Part shown: positions 40,939-50,615 of the stretch, piece after piece
Layout of the letters: each line of letters begins with the position of its first letter
How positions within the stretch are numbered: position 1 is the first letter of the stretch
Source: Candidatus Poribacteria bacterium
GTDB lineage: Bacteria > Poribacteria > WGA-4E > WGA-3G
DNA: 64,000 nt
Assembly: GCA_965205015.1 (NCBI GenBank)
Contig: OZ242029.1
Span: 2,656,001 to 2,720,000 of the forward strand
Direction of reading: 5' to 3'
Notes under the pieces: model-generated
Told to the model about the DNA's origin: nothing
Database searches by the model: none
What the model saw: only the letters and a program-made list of their open reading frames with translations
Made by a program: the position numbers and the translations under genes

Positions 40939-41889
40939 TTATAGCGGGTCTCCATCCGTCTCCAAGTTAAGCCACTCCATTTCAGCCTGGGAAAGTTCGA
41001 GTTCCATTGCGCCGAGGGAGGAGTCCATCTCTGTTAAAGTTATAGGTCCAACGATTGGAAAAACGGGGAATGGGATATTCAAGCAGTATGCGAGGGAGAC
41101 CTGAATTGGGGAATAGCCGTGTTTTGCCCCTAATTTCTTTGCGCGTGCGAGTCTTTCAAAGTTGTCGTCGTTGTAGTAGACGCGCACCATATCTCCGTTT
41201 TCGCGATTTTCCGGTGTGAACGCGCCGCTGAAGAAACCTCGTGCTTGCGAAGACCAAGGCATCAACGGGAACTGACTCTCTTTATGCCATTTGCGTGCGG
41301 CATCGTCGACGCAGATACACCCCGCCCACATCGGTTCCATCGGCACGGCGAGACTGATGTTATTGCTACAAGAGACAAATCCCGCCAGTCCGTTTTCAGC
41401 GGCATAGGCGTTGGCATCAATAATGCGCTGAGGGTGCCAATTAGAAGCAGCAGCCGCTCGAATGCGCCCTGCACCGATCTCGTCGTTCAGGTAATCAATG
41501 ATGGTTTCAACGGGAATCACGGGGTCGTCGCGATGGAGCATGTAGAGGTCGATATAATCGGTGCGAAGTCGGATGAGACTTTCATCGAGATCGCTTTTGA
41601 GTTCTTCGGGGGAGAGACGGGGACGCGGCACCCTGCCTTGTGGATGTCCGCCTTTGTCAATGAGAAAAACTTCGTCTCGGTTGCGGCGTTGGCGCATCCA
41701 GAGACCGATAAGCATTTCACTATCACCGCCTCCATAACCGTGCGCTGTGTCGAGGGTATTTCCGCCGGCTTCAAAGAAAGCGTCGAGCATTTCAGTGCTA
41801 TAATCGAATTTGACAGGTGAAAATACCATGGTACCCAGAATCAGATGCGAGATCTCTTTGGTGACTCCGGGAATTTTTATATGTTTCAT
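40939..41889 (-). CDS. Aldo/keto reductase
   Basis: DTAHGYG, SLIRLRTDYIDLYMLHRDD, WSSQARG. Confidence 0.92.
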   Translation of the reverse strand: MKHIKIPGVTKEISHLILGTMVFSPVKFDYSTEMLDAFFEAGGNTLDTAHGYGGGDSEMLIGLWMRQRRNRDEVFLIDKGGHPQGRVPRPRLSPEELKSDLDESLIRLRTDYIDLYMLHRDDPVIPVETIIDYLNDEIGAGRIRAAAASNWHPQRIIDANAYAAENGLAGFVSCSNNISLAVPMEPMWAGCICVDDAARKWHKESQFPLMPWSSQARGFFSGAFTPENRENGDMVRVYYNDDNFERLARAKKLGAKHGYSPIQVSLAYCLNIPFPVFPIVGPITLTEMDSSLGAMELELSQAEMEWLNLETDGDPL

Positions 41890-42112
41890 TACAAACGTTT
41901 CCCTTTTTTATTTGGGCATACGGGTTGTGCCCTTTGTAATTACAGAATATAGGGGAATTATAGCAGATTTTCAATCCAAAATCCAGAAGAAAATGTGTCA
42001 ATCGCTCATAATATGTTTGACACCAATCCGATACATCGCATAAAATTTCAGTTACGAGAAATAAGAGCAGGACATACGCAATTTGCGGGTGATACGCTAC
42101 AGTTCACACGCC

Positions 42113-42139
42113 GCTGGCGAGGTTTCAAACCTCGCCAGC
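42113..42139. repeat. REP-like palindrome
   Basis: GCTGGCGAGGTTTCAAACCTCGCCAGC; near-identical unit at 54043-54070. Confidence 0.75.
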
Positions 42140-42180
42140 ACAGGGGCTGCGTAAGTCCTAAAGAGATTGGAGGGAAACCA

Positions 42181-43194
42181 ATGAAGATCACAGGCTTTGA
42201 ATACCGGACCATCTCTATTCCCTTTATTCCTGCAATACAGGAGCACTCGGGCATGGAGTATCCGACCACCTTGGTTTGGGTGCACACAGATGAAGGTTTG
42301 ACAGGATTGGGTGAGAGCAATTCCCTGAACAGCGATATTACAGACCAGGCTGGTCAAATCGCCGAAAGATACGTCGGCAGAAATCTTTGGGATATTGATC
42401 TCGCTTCGGAGTCATTTGTTTTCCAGTGCGCCTTTTACGATTTGGCAGGACAGGCGTTGGGTGTGCCTGCGTATAAGTTAATCGGTGAGAAATATAGGGA
42501 TAGCGTTGAACTCGCCTATTGGTCGCCACCAATGCCAGCGGAGGCGACAGCAGCAGAGGCAGAACGCGCCGCGAACATGGGTTTTCGGGTGCATAAACTT
42601 AAGGCTCGGCAGGCGAATATTGTCGAAACCGCGCGTCTCATCAAAGAGGCATGCGGACCTGATTTCCAGATTCGTGTGGATCCAAACACGGAATTTGGAG
42701 ATTTGGAGACCGGTCTCCGACTTGCGGAAGCGTTACTGCCATATAATATTGAAGTCTACGAAGACCCGATCCGATTTGAGGATTTGTCTTGGTATCGTCA
42801 GATGCGAGAAGAGGTGGAAGTCCCGGTCGCTCGACATTTGGGAGCACCGCCAGGCATCTTAGAGAATATCCTTGCGGGTGCAGTGGATGCGGTCAACATG
42901 GGTGGGAACGTCGCCGGACTCCGCAAAAGTGCCGCCGTTGCTGAAGCGGCTGACTTACCAATCTGGGTGCAGATCTTTGCATTCGGTTCATGTGTCGCGT
43001 CGACCTTCGCGGCGCACATTGCATGTACACTGCCAAATTGCACAATGCCGATTGATGAACTCCCACACATCCGCGTTGACGATCTCTCTGGGGGCAGTAT
43101 GGACCTCTCAAACGGGGCAATCCACCTATCGGATGCACCAGGATTGGGTATCAGCCTTGATATGGACGCGGTTGAGCGGTATCGGATTCGTTAG
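42181..43194 (+). CDS. Mandelate racemase/muconate lactonizing enzyme family protein
   Basis: TDEGLTGLGE, KLK, RVDPN, EDP; GGAGG RBS. Confidence 0.88.
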   Translation: MKITGFEYRTISIPFIPAIQEHSGMEYPTTLVWVHTDEGLTGLGESNSLNSDITDQAGQIAERYVGRNLWDIDLASESFVFQCAFYDLAGQALGVPAYKLIGEKYRDSVELAYWSPPMPAEATAAEAERAANMGFRVHKLKARQANIVETARLIKEACGPDFQIRVDPNTEFGDLETGLRLAEALLPYNIEVYEDPIRFEDLSWYRQMREEVEVPVARHLGAPPGILENILAGAVDAVNMGGNVAGLRKSAAVAEAADLPIWVQIFAFGSCVASTFAAHIACTLPNCTMPIDELPHIRVDDLSGGSMDLSNGAIHLSDAPGLGISLDMDAVERYRIR

Positions 43195-43300
43195 AGAATA
43201 GCAGGCGGCGGTCAGTTTCAGCAATTACGGATAAGTGTTGGCACGGCGATTGTGGGATCGTGGTATGGCATGCGGACAGAGCATCGTTTTGGGAGGCACC

Positions 43301-43328
43301 CGGTACGGTTAGGAAACCGCACCTACCG
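43301..43328 (-). repeat. GTAG-type REP
   Basis: Minus strand CGGTAGGTGCGGTTTCCTAACCGTACCG. Confidence 0.65.
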
Positions 43329-43384
43329 GATGTAGTTGACCGATCATTTGAAACCGAGAGCCACAGTATAACGTTTTTATTTCA

Positions 43385-43866
43385 GTGATACTACCCAACG
43401 CCTAAAGGCGTGGGAGACCTCGGTTTCATAGCGATTGCGGTTTTCGCGCAAGCGTCCACCGTCTGACTATCGCTCCACCAGCAGGCTCTTATTCCGAATC
43501 AGATCGGCTTTATCTGGTTTAGGTCCAGGGTACCCCAGCCTGCAAAAGATTGTAGTTGGATAGCGAAACAAGGCGTAGGGTTATAAATCCGCATTCGGCT
43601 TATATGCACGCTATCCGATATACTTTTAGAGTGGTATGGCACTTCGCACCGTATAACCCCTTTCTACGAGGGCGGTTAGGACTCTCTCAAGCGAGAGAGG
43701 TAGAAATCCTAACCAAGTGCTGATATTAATTATACCACAATTTGAGAAAGATTGCAAACCTTTTTGAGTCCACTCGTAACCTCTTGTTTTCTGTTTCTTG
43801 GATAAGAGGCGCGGAGGTTACCGATTGGACCCACACTTAAAGGAATGGGCTTTCTTGACAATGCCC
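43385..43866 (-). mobile_element. Non-autonomous ORF-less IS200/IS605 derivative (482 bp)
   Basis: Target TTAC (43870-43867), guide AAAG + LE hairpin CCCATTCCTTTAAGTGTGGG; RE hairpin CCCACGCCTTTAGGCGTTGGG ending TCAC at 43385; omegaRNA-like GGTGGAGCGAT...ATCGCTATGAAAC. Confidence 0.8.
43729..43757 (-). promoter_or_regulatory. Near-consensus sigma-70 promoter inside the ORF-less element
   Basis: TTGCAA-N17-TATAAT with extended TG; shares AAATTGTGGTA.AAT with the tnpB promoter. Confidence 0.8.
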
Positions 43867-43946
43867 GTAAAAGAGAAGTGTGGACGAGGAAAATGCATTC
43901 CATTCTTCTCAATGCGCAAACCACCAATAGCGTAAGGAGAGATACA

Positions 43947-44144
43947 ATGGCTTCGGAATCGTATTGGAAAGTCCTACAGAAATCAAACCGTATGCTGGCG
44001 TTAAATTGGGAAACACTTGTATCAGCACGCACTGAAGGCGATAAGAAGCGGATAAGGAGAGCGGAGCGGAATTATTTCCAATCCTTGCGGAGTGCTATGG
44101 TAGCAACGCAAAATGCGGTTTCAGAGCGGATAACTGCTCGATGA
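43947..44144 (+). CDS. Small basic hypothetical protein (65 aa)
   Basis: AAGGAG RBS; stop overlaps next start (ATGA). Confidence 0.65.
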   Translation: MASESYWKVLQKSNRMLALNWETLVSARTEGDKKRIRRAERNYFQSLRSAMVATQNAVSERITAR

Positions 44145-44920
44145 ACAATATTATGAGTACTTCCCATCTACGTTATCTACACGTTGCACAAGACGTGCTA
44201 AAGCAGATTGAGGCGACGCAAACCGAGGCGATTGCACAAGCCTCTGAAATGTGTGCAGAGACGATAGCAGCAGACGGACTTGTCTACCTATTCGGATCCG
44301 GGCATTCCCGCATGCCGGTCGAGGAAATTTTTCCACGTTATGGCAGTTTTCCAGGGTTTTTTCCCATCGTTGAATTAGCAGTTACGTTTCACAATCAGGT
44401 CGTCGGTTGCAACGGTCAACGTCAAGCACTCTTTCTGGAGAACGTCTCAGGGTATGCAGAGGTGATTCTACGCAACTTCACCTTCGGTCCCCACGATTGC
44501 ATGATGGTGTTCTCCAATTCCGGCACGAACATCCTCCCGATCGAAATGGCGATGGGAGCAAAGGCACGGAACCTCCCCGTCATTGCAGTGAGTTCAATCG
44601 CGCACAGCAGCGCGTCTTCCTCAAAACACGCCTCCGGCAAACGCCTGTATGAAGTCGCGGATCTAACGATTGACAACTGTAATCCGCCGGGAGATGCTGT
44701 CGTAGACATTCCGGATTTGGCGTATCCTGTGGGACCTACATCCAGCATTGGCACACTGTCGATTGTCAATGCCATTAAATGCCGTGTTGCAGAACTCCTG
44801 ACAGCGCGTGGGAAACCGCCTGTCGTATTGACCGGTGCGCATTTCCTCGGACCCGAAGAATCGGCGAAGCAGATTGAAAAGGCTTATGACGATTATAAAA
44901 CTCGCGTTCAAGGTAGTTAG
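44141..44920 (+). CDS. SIS-domain sugar isomerase-like protein
   Basis: FGSGHS, FSNSG.N, IDN..P.GDA, GPTSS. Confidence 0.88.
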   Translation: MNNIMSTSHLRYLHVAQDVLKQIEATQTEAIAQASEMCAETIAADGLVYLFGSGHSRMPVEEIFPRYGSFPGFFPIVELAVTFHNQVVGCNGQRQALFLENVSGYAEVILRNFTFGPHDCMMVFSNSGTNILPIEMAMGAKARNLPVIAVSSIAHSSASSSKHASGKRLYEVADLTIDNCNPPGDAVVDIPDLAYPVGPTSSIGTLSIVNAIKCRVAELLTARGKPPVVLTGAHFLGPEESAKQIEKAYDDYKTRVQGS

Positions 44921-45027
44921 TGCGCCACAATTTTTCCATTGACTTTTCTCCCACGAATCTATATACTTTAAAAAGTACGCAAAACGCTGGGTTTCCCGAA
45001 GTAAGTTTGCATCCGATGGACATTCCG

Positions 45028-45627
45028 ATGCCGAAAACTACCAAAAGAATCGCGGTGATGGGTGGGACATTCAATCCCGTTCACTACGCGCATCTGATCA
45101 GTGCTGAACAGGTTCGGACAGGGTTAGGTTACGATAAAATTCTGTTCATTCCTTCTGCGAGACCGCCGCATAAGGTGGCAGACACTGATATTATCGAACC
45201 GGAACATCGGTATCAAATGGTGCTTTTAGCAATCGCAGGGAATCCGCATTTTGAAGTATCACGCATTGAATTGGAGCGCGCAGGTCCGTCCTATACTATC
45301 GAGACGCTCAAAGCCTTGAAAAAATTGTATGGAGAAACGACTGAACTGGCATGGATCATTGGGGCGGACTCTCTTATTGAGTATAAAGTCTGGAAGGATT
45401 TCGATGAAGTGTTGGAGCAATGCGTTATGATCGCGACGACACGCCCGAATTACGACCTGAATCGAGTTCCATTAGAAATTCGCAAACGGGTTACCACCTT
45501 TCCGATAATAGGCGTTGATATATCCGCCACAGTTATCCGACATCGGGTGCGGAAAGGTCATTCAATCCAGTATCTCGTGCCAGAAGATGTCCGCGCTTAT
45601 ATCGAACAGCGTCGGCTATATCTATAA
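45028..45627 (+). CDS. nadD: Nicotinate-nucleotide adenylyltransferase
   Basis: GGTFNPVHYAH, PPHK, SYTIETL, IIGADS, ISAT.IR. Confidence 0.95.
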   Translation: MPKTTKRIAVMGGTFNPVHYAHLISAEQVRTGLGYDKILFIPSARPPHKVADTDIIEPEHRYQMVLLAIAGNPHFEVSRIELERAGPSYTIETLKALKKLYGETTELAWIIGADSLIEYKVWKDFDEVLEQCVMIATTRPNYDLNRVPLEIRKRVTTFPIIGVDISATVIRHRVRKGHSIQYLVPEDVRAYIEQRRLYL

Positions 45628-45673
45628 TTGAAGCCGTCCGTTTAAAAAATCAGAGTACCTAAAAAATAAGGAA

Positions 45674-45925
45674 GTGAAAGACGTGCAACATACATGTAGT
45701 ATGTGTGGGACAGTTTACGATTTCGTATGGAAAGAGGGAACCCCTTTACCGAAGAACTTCCCTTTCTGTAGTGCGCGATGTAAAGCAGCAGACTTGTCAA
45801 AATGGTTGAACGAGGAATACACTATCAGCACCGCACTCCCAAATATGATTGTGTCGGATACCGAACACGAGATTCTTGCCGAGCTCGCCCAATTAGGTGT
45901 GCGTCCTGACGATGACACCGACTGA
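45674..45925 (+). CDS. yacG: DNA gyrase inhibitor YacG-like zinc finger
   Basis: CSMCG...FPFCSARCKAADLSKWLNEEY.I. Confidence 0.85.
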   Translation: MKDVQHTCSMCGTVYDFVWKEGTPLPKNFPFCSARCKAADLSKWLNEEYTISTALPNMIVSDTEHEILAELAQLGVRPDDDTD

Positions 45926-45972
45926 TTGAAATAGTGGTGGGAGGTAAGGTTTAGAAACCACGTTTATATGAG

Positions 45973-46575
45973 ATGAATTGCACATTAGCGGAACTCCGGG
46001 CACACCCGAAGTCAATCGAAATTCAGAAGTATCTCTCAGACAAGCTGAGTGAGAAACGCTATCAGCACGTTCTCTCTGTACAAGAGATGAGCGTTGATTT
46101 AGCACATGTTCATGGCGCCAACGTCTGGCATGCCAACCTCGCTGCGCTTTTGCATGATAGTGCAAAGTGGATGAGTGTGCAAGAATTACACACCGAAATA
46201 CAGCGCTACGGGATTCGTCTGGACCCGGTTGAAGAGCAGAATCCGTCTCTTTTGCATCCATTCATCGGCGTGAAAATTGCAATAGAGAGGTTTTCTGTAA
46301 CAGAACTCGAAGTCCTTGAAGCTATTCGAAACCATACCACAGGTAGCCCCTCAATGGGTATTATTGCACAAATACTATATGTTGCGGACTTTGCAGAACC
46401 AACACGGACCCATCAGGAGGTCGATGTCGTGCGGAAGTTAGCCTACACAGATTTGGACCGAGCGGTGCATCATGTGGCACGTAGGGAAATTGTGTATCTT
46501 TTAGAAAAAGGGGTATTGATTCATCCGAATACGCTTCATACCTATAACAGTACGTTAGAAAGTAGCGAGCTTTAA
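45973..46575 (+). CDS. yqeK: HD-domain YqeK (Ap4A hydrolase)
   Basis: RYQH, LLHDSAK, LLH, HTTG, YVADFAEP.R; sits between nadD and rsfS. Confidence 0.88.
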   Translation: MNCTLAELRAHPKSIEIQKYLSDKLSEKRYQHVLSVQEMSVDLAHVHGANVWHANLAALLHDSAKWMSVQELHTEIQRYGIRLDPVEEQNPSLLHPFIGVKIAIERFSVTELEVLEAIRNHTTGSPSMGIIAQILYVADFAEPTRTHQEVDVVRKLAYTDLDRAVHHVARREIVYLLEKGVLIHPNTLHTYNSTLESSEL

Positions 46576-46741
46576 AAACAGAGGCGGTTTCCATGCGCCG
46601 CCGGACGAGTCATCATTACATCAAAAGTGCAGCGTCTTGATAGTGCCAAAGCACGTAAGCCCAAATAACGCGCCGGGCTGGCTCTACGGAAAGGCACGTC
46701 AAATGTCAAAACCTGACCGAACCGCAAGGAATACATAAAAA

Positions 46742-47197
46742 ATGGGAATCGAAAAGGATACATTAGATATGGTAAAAGCTGCAGCATCTGCAGCGATGAG
46801 TCGACGTGCACGGGACGGAGTCATTCTGGATCTGCGGAAACTTGACGGTTTCACGGATTTCTTTGCAATCTTTAGTGGCACTTCTGATATTCAAGTAGAA
46901 GGTATATCACAAGCCGTGATTGAGGAACTCGAAACGAACTGGGCACAGCGTCCTTGGCATCAGGAGGGTGAACGCAAAGCAGATTGGATTCTGTTGGACT
47001 ACGTGGACTTTGTCGTACATGTTTTCCTTTCTGATCGGCGTTCCTACTATAACCTGGAACGCTTGTGGGCTGAGGCGAACCGGATTGAGTTGCCAGAATT
47101 AACGATGCCTATCCCGCAAGAAACATGGGAAGAAGAGATGGATCCTGATGGTGCGCTGGTTTTTGGTGAGCAGGAGGAAACCACGTCAGAGGGATAG
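46742..47197 (+). CDS. rsfS: Ribosome silencing factor
   Basis: WILLDYVDFVVHVF...R.YYNLERLW. Confidence 0.93.
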   Translation: MGIEKDTLDMVKAAASAAMSRRARDGVILDLRKLDGFTDFFAIFSGTSDIQVEGISQAVIEELETNWAQRPWHQEGERKADWILLDYVDFVVHVFLSDRRSYYNLERLWAEANRIELPELTMPIPQETWEEEMDPDGALVFGEQEETTSEG

Positions 47198-47265
47198 GTG
47201 CGTTTCGGCGAGAAGCGTCGTTAAAATTTTGAAAGTGAGGCTATGGGGGGTATTGCGAAGATAGG

Positions 47266-48000
47266 TCAATCAATGGCAAAGAGGAGAACTGTGACGTTAT
47301 CGGTGCCGCCGTAATCGAGTGCTTTATCGACGAGATTTTCTGACGCTTCTTCAATATTGCGAGCCGCCATAATAATCTCAGCAATTTCATTATCGTTGAC
47401 GATCATGTCATGCAAGCCATCGGTACAAGCGAGGACGATGTCCCCTGGACCAAGTGGGTAGGCATCAGCGCTGACGGTGACAGTGGGCATCAGACCGACA
47501 GCCTGTGTGACAATATTTCGTTTTTCATGAACGCGGCTCTCTTCGGGCGTTATTTCACCCTTTTCGACCATCTTTTGAACGAATGTATCATCTGTTGTTA
47601 TTTGTGTAATCTTTCCATCGCGTAAGACGTAAAGCCGGCTATCCCCGACATGCACATAAGCGAGGTAGCTGAAGGTGACAAAGCCTGCGATAAGGGTTGT
47701 GCCCATACCCCGTGCCTTGCCAGTGTTCTCCGCTGCGGTGTGGATACGCTGATTCGCTTCCTCCGCGAGTTCGGTCAAGACGGCGAGTCTTTTCATAGGC
47801 CCTAAATCGCTCTGCGGAGACGCTTGGGTTTTTGCCCACTCCTGAATAATCTCAAGAGCGATAAGACTCGCGACATCGCCGCTTTCATGTCCACTCATAC
47901 CATCGGCGATGGCAAATAACTGGAGTTGCGTATCAAAATAGTATCGGTCTTCGTTTCTTTCACGAAGTTTACCTGTGTCTGTTTTTGCTGCAAACTGCAT
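47266..48000 (-). CDS. PP2C-family Ser/Thr phosphatase (Stp1/PrpC-like)
   Basis: R.RNED, ADGM.G, GMGTT, VGDSR, TDGL, DNVT. Confidence 0.93.
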   Translation of the reverse strand: MQFAAKTDTGKLRERNEDRYYFDTQLQLFAIADGMSGHESGDVASLIALEIIQEWAKTQASPQSDLGPMKRLAVLTELAEEANQRIHTAAENTGKARGMGTTLIAGFVTFSYLAYVHVGDSRLYVLRDGKITQITTDDTFVQKMVEKGEITPEESRVHEKRNIVTQAVGLMPTVTVSADAYPLGPGDIVLACTDGLHDMIVNDNEIAEIIMAARNIEEASENLVDKALDYGGTDNVTVLLFAID

Positions 48001-48245
48001 CTTTCTATCGCCCGGGTCGTCTGTGGTTAAGAATATAAAAGGCTTATGAGTGCTTATTCAGGAAGGTGCCAGATGCATTCAGAAGGACCACATATCTTCT
48101 TTGAAATGTCGACTGCATAGAAAAACGATGAAAGTAAGATACGGTTTCAAAATTCGCAGAACTTCTGATTTTTCGGGTAAAATGGGATCTAAACCCCAGT
48201 AATTATTTCGTTGGAATTTGAGCATTTGCTATTCATAAAATAAAC

Positions 48246-49409
48246 ATGTACATAGAGCGGTTATCCACCAGTCCAAAGCACCATTTCTTCGGCTACTACG
48301 GCATTAATCCGTGGGATAGCACGGCAAGGTACCACCTGGCGTTAGAGACAGATTTTCATACGCACCGTCCTCTACCCGAAGATGTAGCAACGGTTGGACT
48401 GATTCATCGCGAAACGCGCGAATTTATCCCACACGCAAAGACCGCTGCTTTTAACCTTCAACAGGGAAGTATGCTGCACTGGATAAACGGTAGCGAAAAT
48501 GGCGAACACGACGCTGCCCGTACGGAATTCACGTTTAACGATTGGGAAGATGGCAACCTTGTATCGCGTGCTCTAAATCCGGGGACGGGTACCCTCCGAA
48601 CAATTCAGGGTGCGATCGCGGCAGTGTCCCCGACTGCCCCCCTTGCCATTGGGCTTAACTATGGGCGGATGGCACACTGCCGTGCTGTTGTCGGCTACGC
48701 TACGCACACTAAATCCAGCGAGGTCATAGCACAACCCGAGGACGACGGCTTATATCAACTCAACCTCCAAGACGGGAGTTCTGAGCTTATCCTCTCTATC
48801 GCGGATGTCATCCGAGCGAGCGGGGATGAACGGATGGTAGGCAAACGAACTTGGTTCAATCACGTTCTGTTTAATACAGATGGAACACGACTTCTATTCT
48901 TCTGTCGAGTCCGTCGAGAGACAGGGCACTGCACCTCGCTCTGGACAGTCAATCCTGATGGTTCCGATTTGGAAATGCAAATCCCGTTTGACTATCGAGT
49001 GTCTCATTTCGACTGGCGCACTCCTACGCGGATTCTCGTCTCTTCAGATCTATCCGGTCAGATGGGATTTTTTGAATTCACAGATGGGGTCCGAGACTTC
49101 GCGCCGATTGGATGCGGTGTCCTGCCGAGCGATGGGCACGCTTCCTTCTCACCGGACCGAGAGTGGCTACTTTGTGATACGTATCCTCGCGGTACAGAGC
49201 GTTTGGCGCAGCTTATGGTTTACAATATCGCTGAAAACCGCAAGATTGTTTTGGGCGAATTTCATCATGAAGAACAGTTCGTTGGAGATATTCGATGCGA
49301 TCTACATCCGCGCTGGGCACCCGATGGAAAAACGATTACCTTCGACTCCGTCCATGAAGGCTCCCGACAGATATATCTCGTGGAGATACCGCACACAGAT
49401 CCCCTATAG
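48246..49409 (+). CDS. Beta-propeller protein (TolB/oligogalacturonate lyase-like)
   Basis: HFFGYY, FNH..FN.DG, GH.SFSPD, RCDLHPRW..DG. Confidence 0.65.
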   Translation: MYIERLSTSPKHHFFGYYGINPWDSTARYHLALETDFHTHRPLPEDVATVGLIHRETREFIPHAKTAAFNLQQGSMLHWINGSENGEHDAARTEFTFNDWEDGNLVSRALNPGTGTLRTIQGAIAAVSPTAPLAIGLNYGRMAHCRAVVGYATHTKSSEVIAQPEDDGLYQLNLQDGSSELILSIADVIRASGDERMVGKRTWFNHVLFNTDGTRLLFFCRVRRETGHCTSLWTVNPDGSDLEMQIPFDYRVSHFDWRTPTRILVSSDLSGQMGFFEFTDGVRDFAPIGCGVLPSDGHASFSPDREWLLCDTYPRGTERLAQLMVYNIAENRKIVLGEFHHEEQFVGDIRCDLHPRWAPDGKTITFDSVHEGSRQIYLVEIPHTDPL

Positions 49410-49454
49410 AGGAAACCTGCGGGATAATGAAGTAAGTCCTTCAATCTCATAAAT

Positions 49455-49538
49455 CGTAGCCCGTAATGAAATGGAGGGCGGATTCGAGAAAGGACCGTTA
49501 AAGTTCAAACCCACGTCATTTAACCGCAAGGTATAATT
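49455..49538. repeat. Dispersed ~84-bp repeat, copy 1 (copy 2 at 53932-54015)
   Basis: CGTAGCYCGTAATGAAATRGAGRGCGGATT...AAACCCACGTCAYTTAACCGCAAGGWATAATT in both. Confidence 0.8.
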
Positions 49539-49543
49539 AAAAA

Positions 49544-50605
49544 ATGTTCCGAGATGATTGTTCTCATGAAAAGATTGGGCGATTGCCAAGCATTGTGACG
49601 TGTCCCTTTGCGAATGTTAGGGAGCATCGCGAGGCTATCGTTTTAACAACGGATCCGGCGTGGAAGGCTGTTAGGGGTATTGACGTTAACACGCAACAGC
49701 CGATCTATGTTGAGGGTAACACGCGAGCAGATATGGCTGCGCTCGCAGCGTCGTGTGACGGCGAAGTGGTTTACGGTATCGGGGGAGGTTTGGCGATTGA
49801 TACTGCCAAATATGTTGCTGCTGCGAAAGCGTTGCCACTCATCGTACTCCCCACCATTCTATCAACTGATGCGTTTCTTACGGATGCGACAGGCGTTAGA
49901 GAAAATGGGTGTGTCCGCTATCTTCCCTCAACAGCACCGGACACTGTTATTATAGATATGGATGTCTTGTGTAGTGCCCCTGCCGCCATGAGGGCGAGTG
50001 GTGCTGCGGATGTTCTCTCAATCGCGACGGCGCTCTGGGATTGGCAGGAGGCGGAGCAGATGGGAACGAATCCAGCGAATCAACAATTGACGCCACAAGC
50101 GGTTGGCATAGCGACCACGCTTCTCCAAACGCTTCTGGATAACGCACGGGAAATCGGGCGCGGGACGCCAACTGGCTTGAAGCTCCTACTCGACCTGCTC
50201 TGTATGGAGGTCCAACTCTGTTATCAATGCGGACATAGTCGCGTTGAAGAAGGAAGCGAACATTACTTTGTCTATGCCATTGAAAACCATTTGACATTCA
50301 CAGAAAAGAGGGGTCCCGACAGCGAGGCTACAAATGAGGACCCGCTTTTACACGGTGAATTGGTAGGACTTGGTATCCTCCTGATGGCTGTGTTGCAATC
50401 GCAGCCCTGGACACAGTATCGTCATGCGTTGGAATGTTTGCAGATTAATTACCGTCCGTCGGCTGTTGCCCGTGATGCAATTGCCGAAACGCTTATTAAC
50501 CTATCCGACTACGTCGCGCAACACCAACTCCCATATACAGTAGCGACCTCTTTACGGATCACTCCTGATATTGCCGAAAGGACGATACAAACGATATTGG
50601 ATTAA
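49544..50605 (+). CDS. Glycerol-1-phosphate/glycerol dehydrogenase family (Fe-ADH-like)
   Basis: GIGGG.AIDTAK, PTILSTDA, EGSEH, HGE.V. Confidence 0.8.
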   Translation: MFRDDCSHEKIGRLPSIVTCPFANVREHREAIVLTTDPAWKAVRGIDVNTQQPIYVEGNTRADMAALAASCDGEVVYGIGGGLAIDTAKYVAAAKALPLIVLPTILSTDAFLTDATGVRENGCVRYLPSTAPDTVIIDMDVLCSAPAAMRASGAADVLSIATALWDWQEAEQMGTNPANQQLTPQAVGIATTLLQTLLDNAREIGRGTPTGLKLLLDLLCMEVQLCYQCGHSRVEEGSEHYFVYAIENHLTFTEKRGPDSEATNEDPLLHGELVGLGILLMAVLQSQPWTQYRHALECLQINYRPSAVARDAIAETLINLSDYVAQHQLPYTVATSLRITPDIAERTIQTILD

Positions 50606-50615
50606 GCCTGAGGAC

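Noticed and set aside
43239-43254. Sigma-54 promoter (TGGCACG-N4-TTGT)
   Set aside because: The -12 GC is not intact and no gene follows closely on that strand.
43845-43946. N-terminal extension of the 43947 ORF
   Set aside because: It starts inside the IS left end; the AAGGAG RBS supports ATG 43947.
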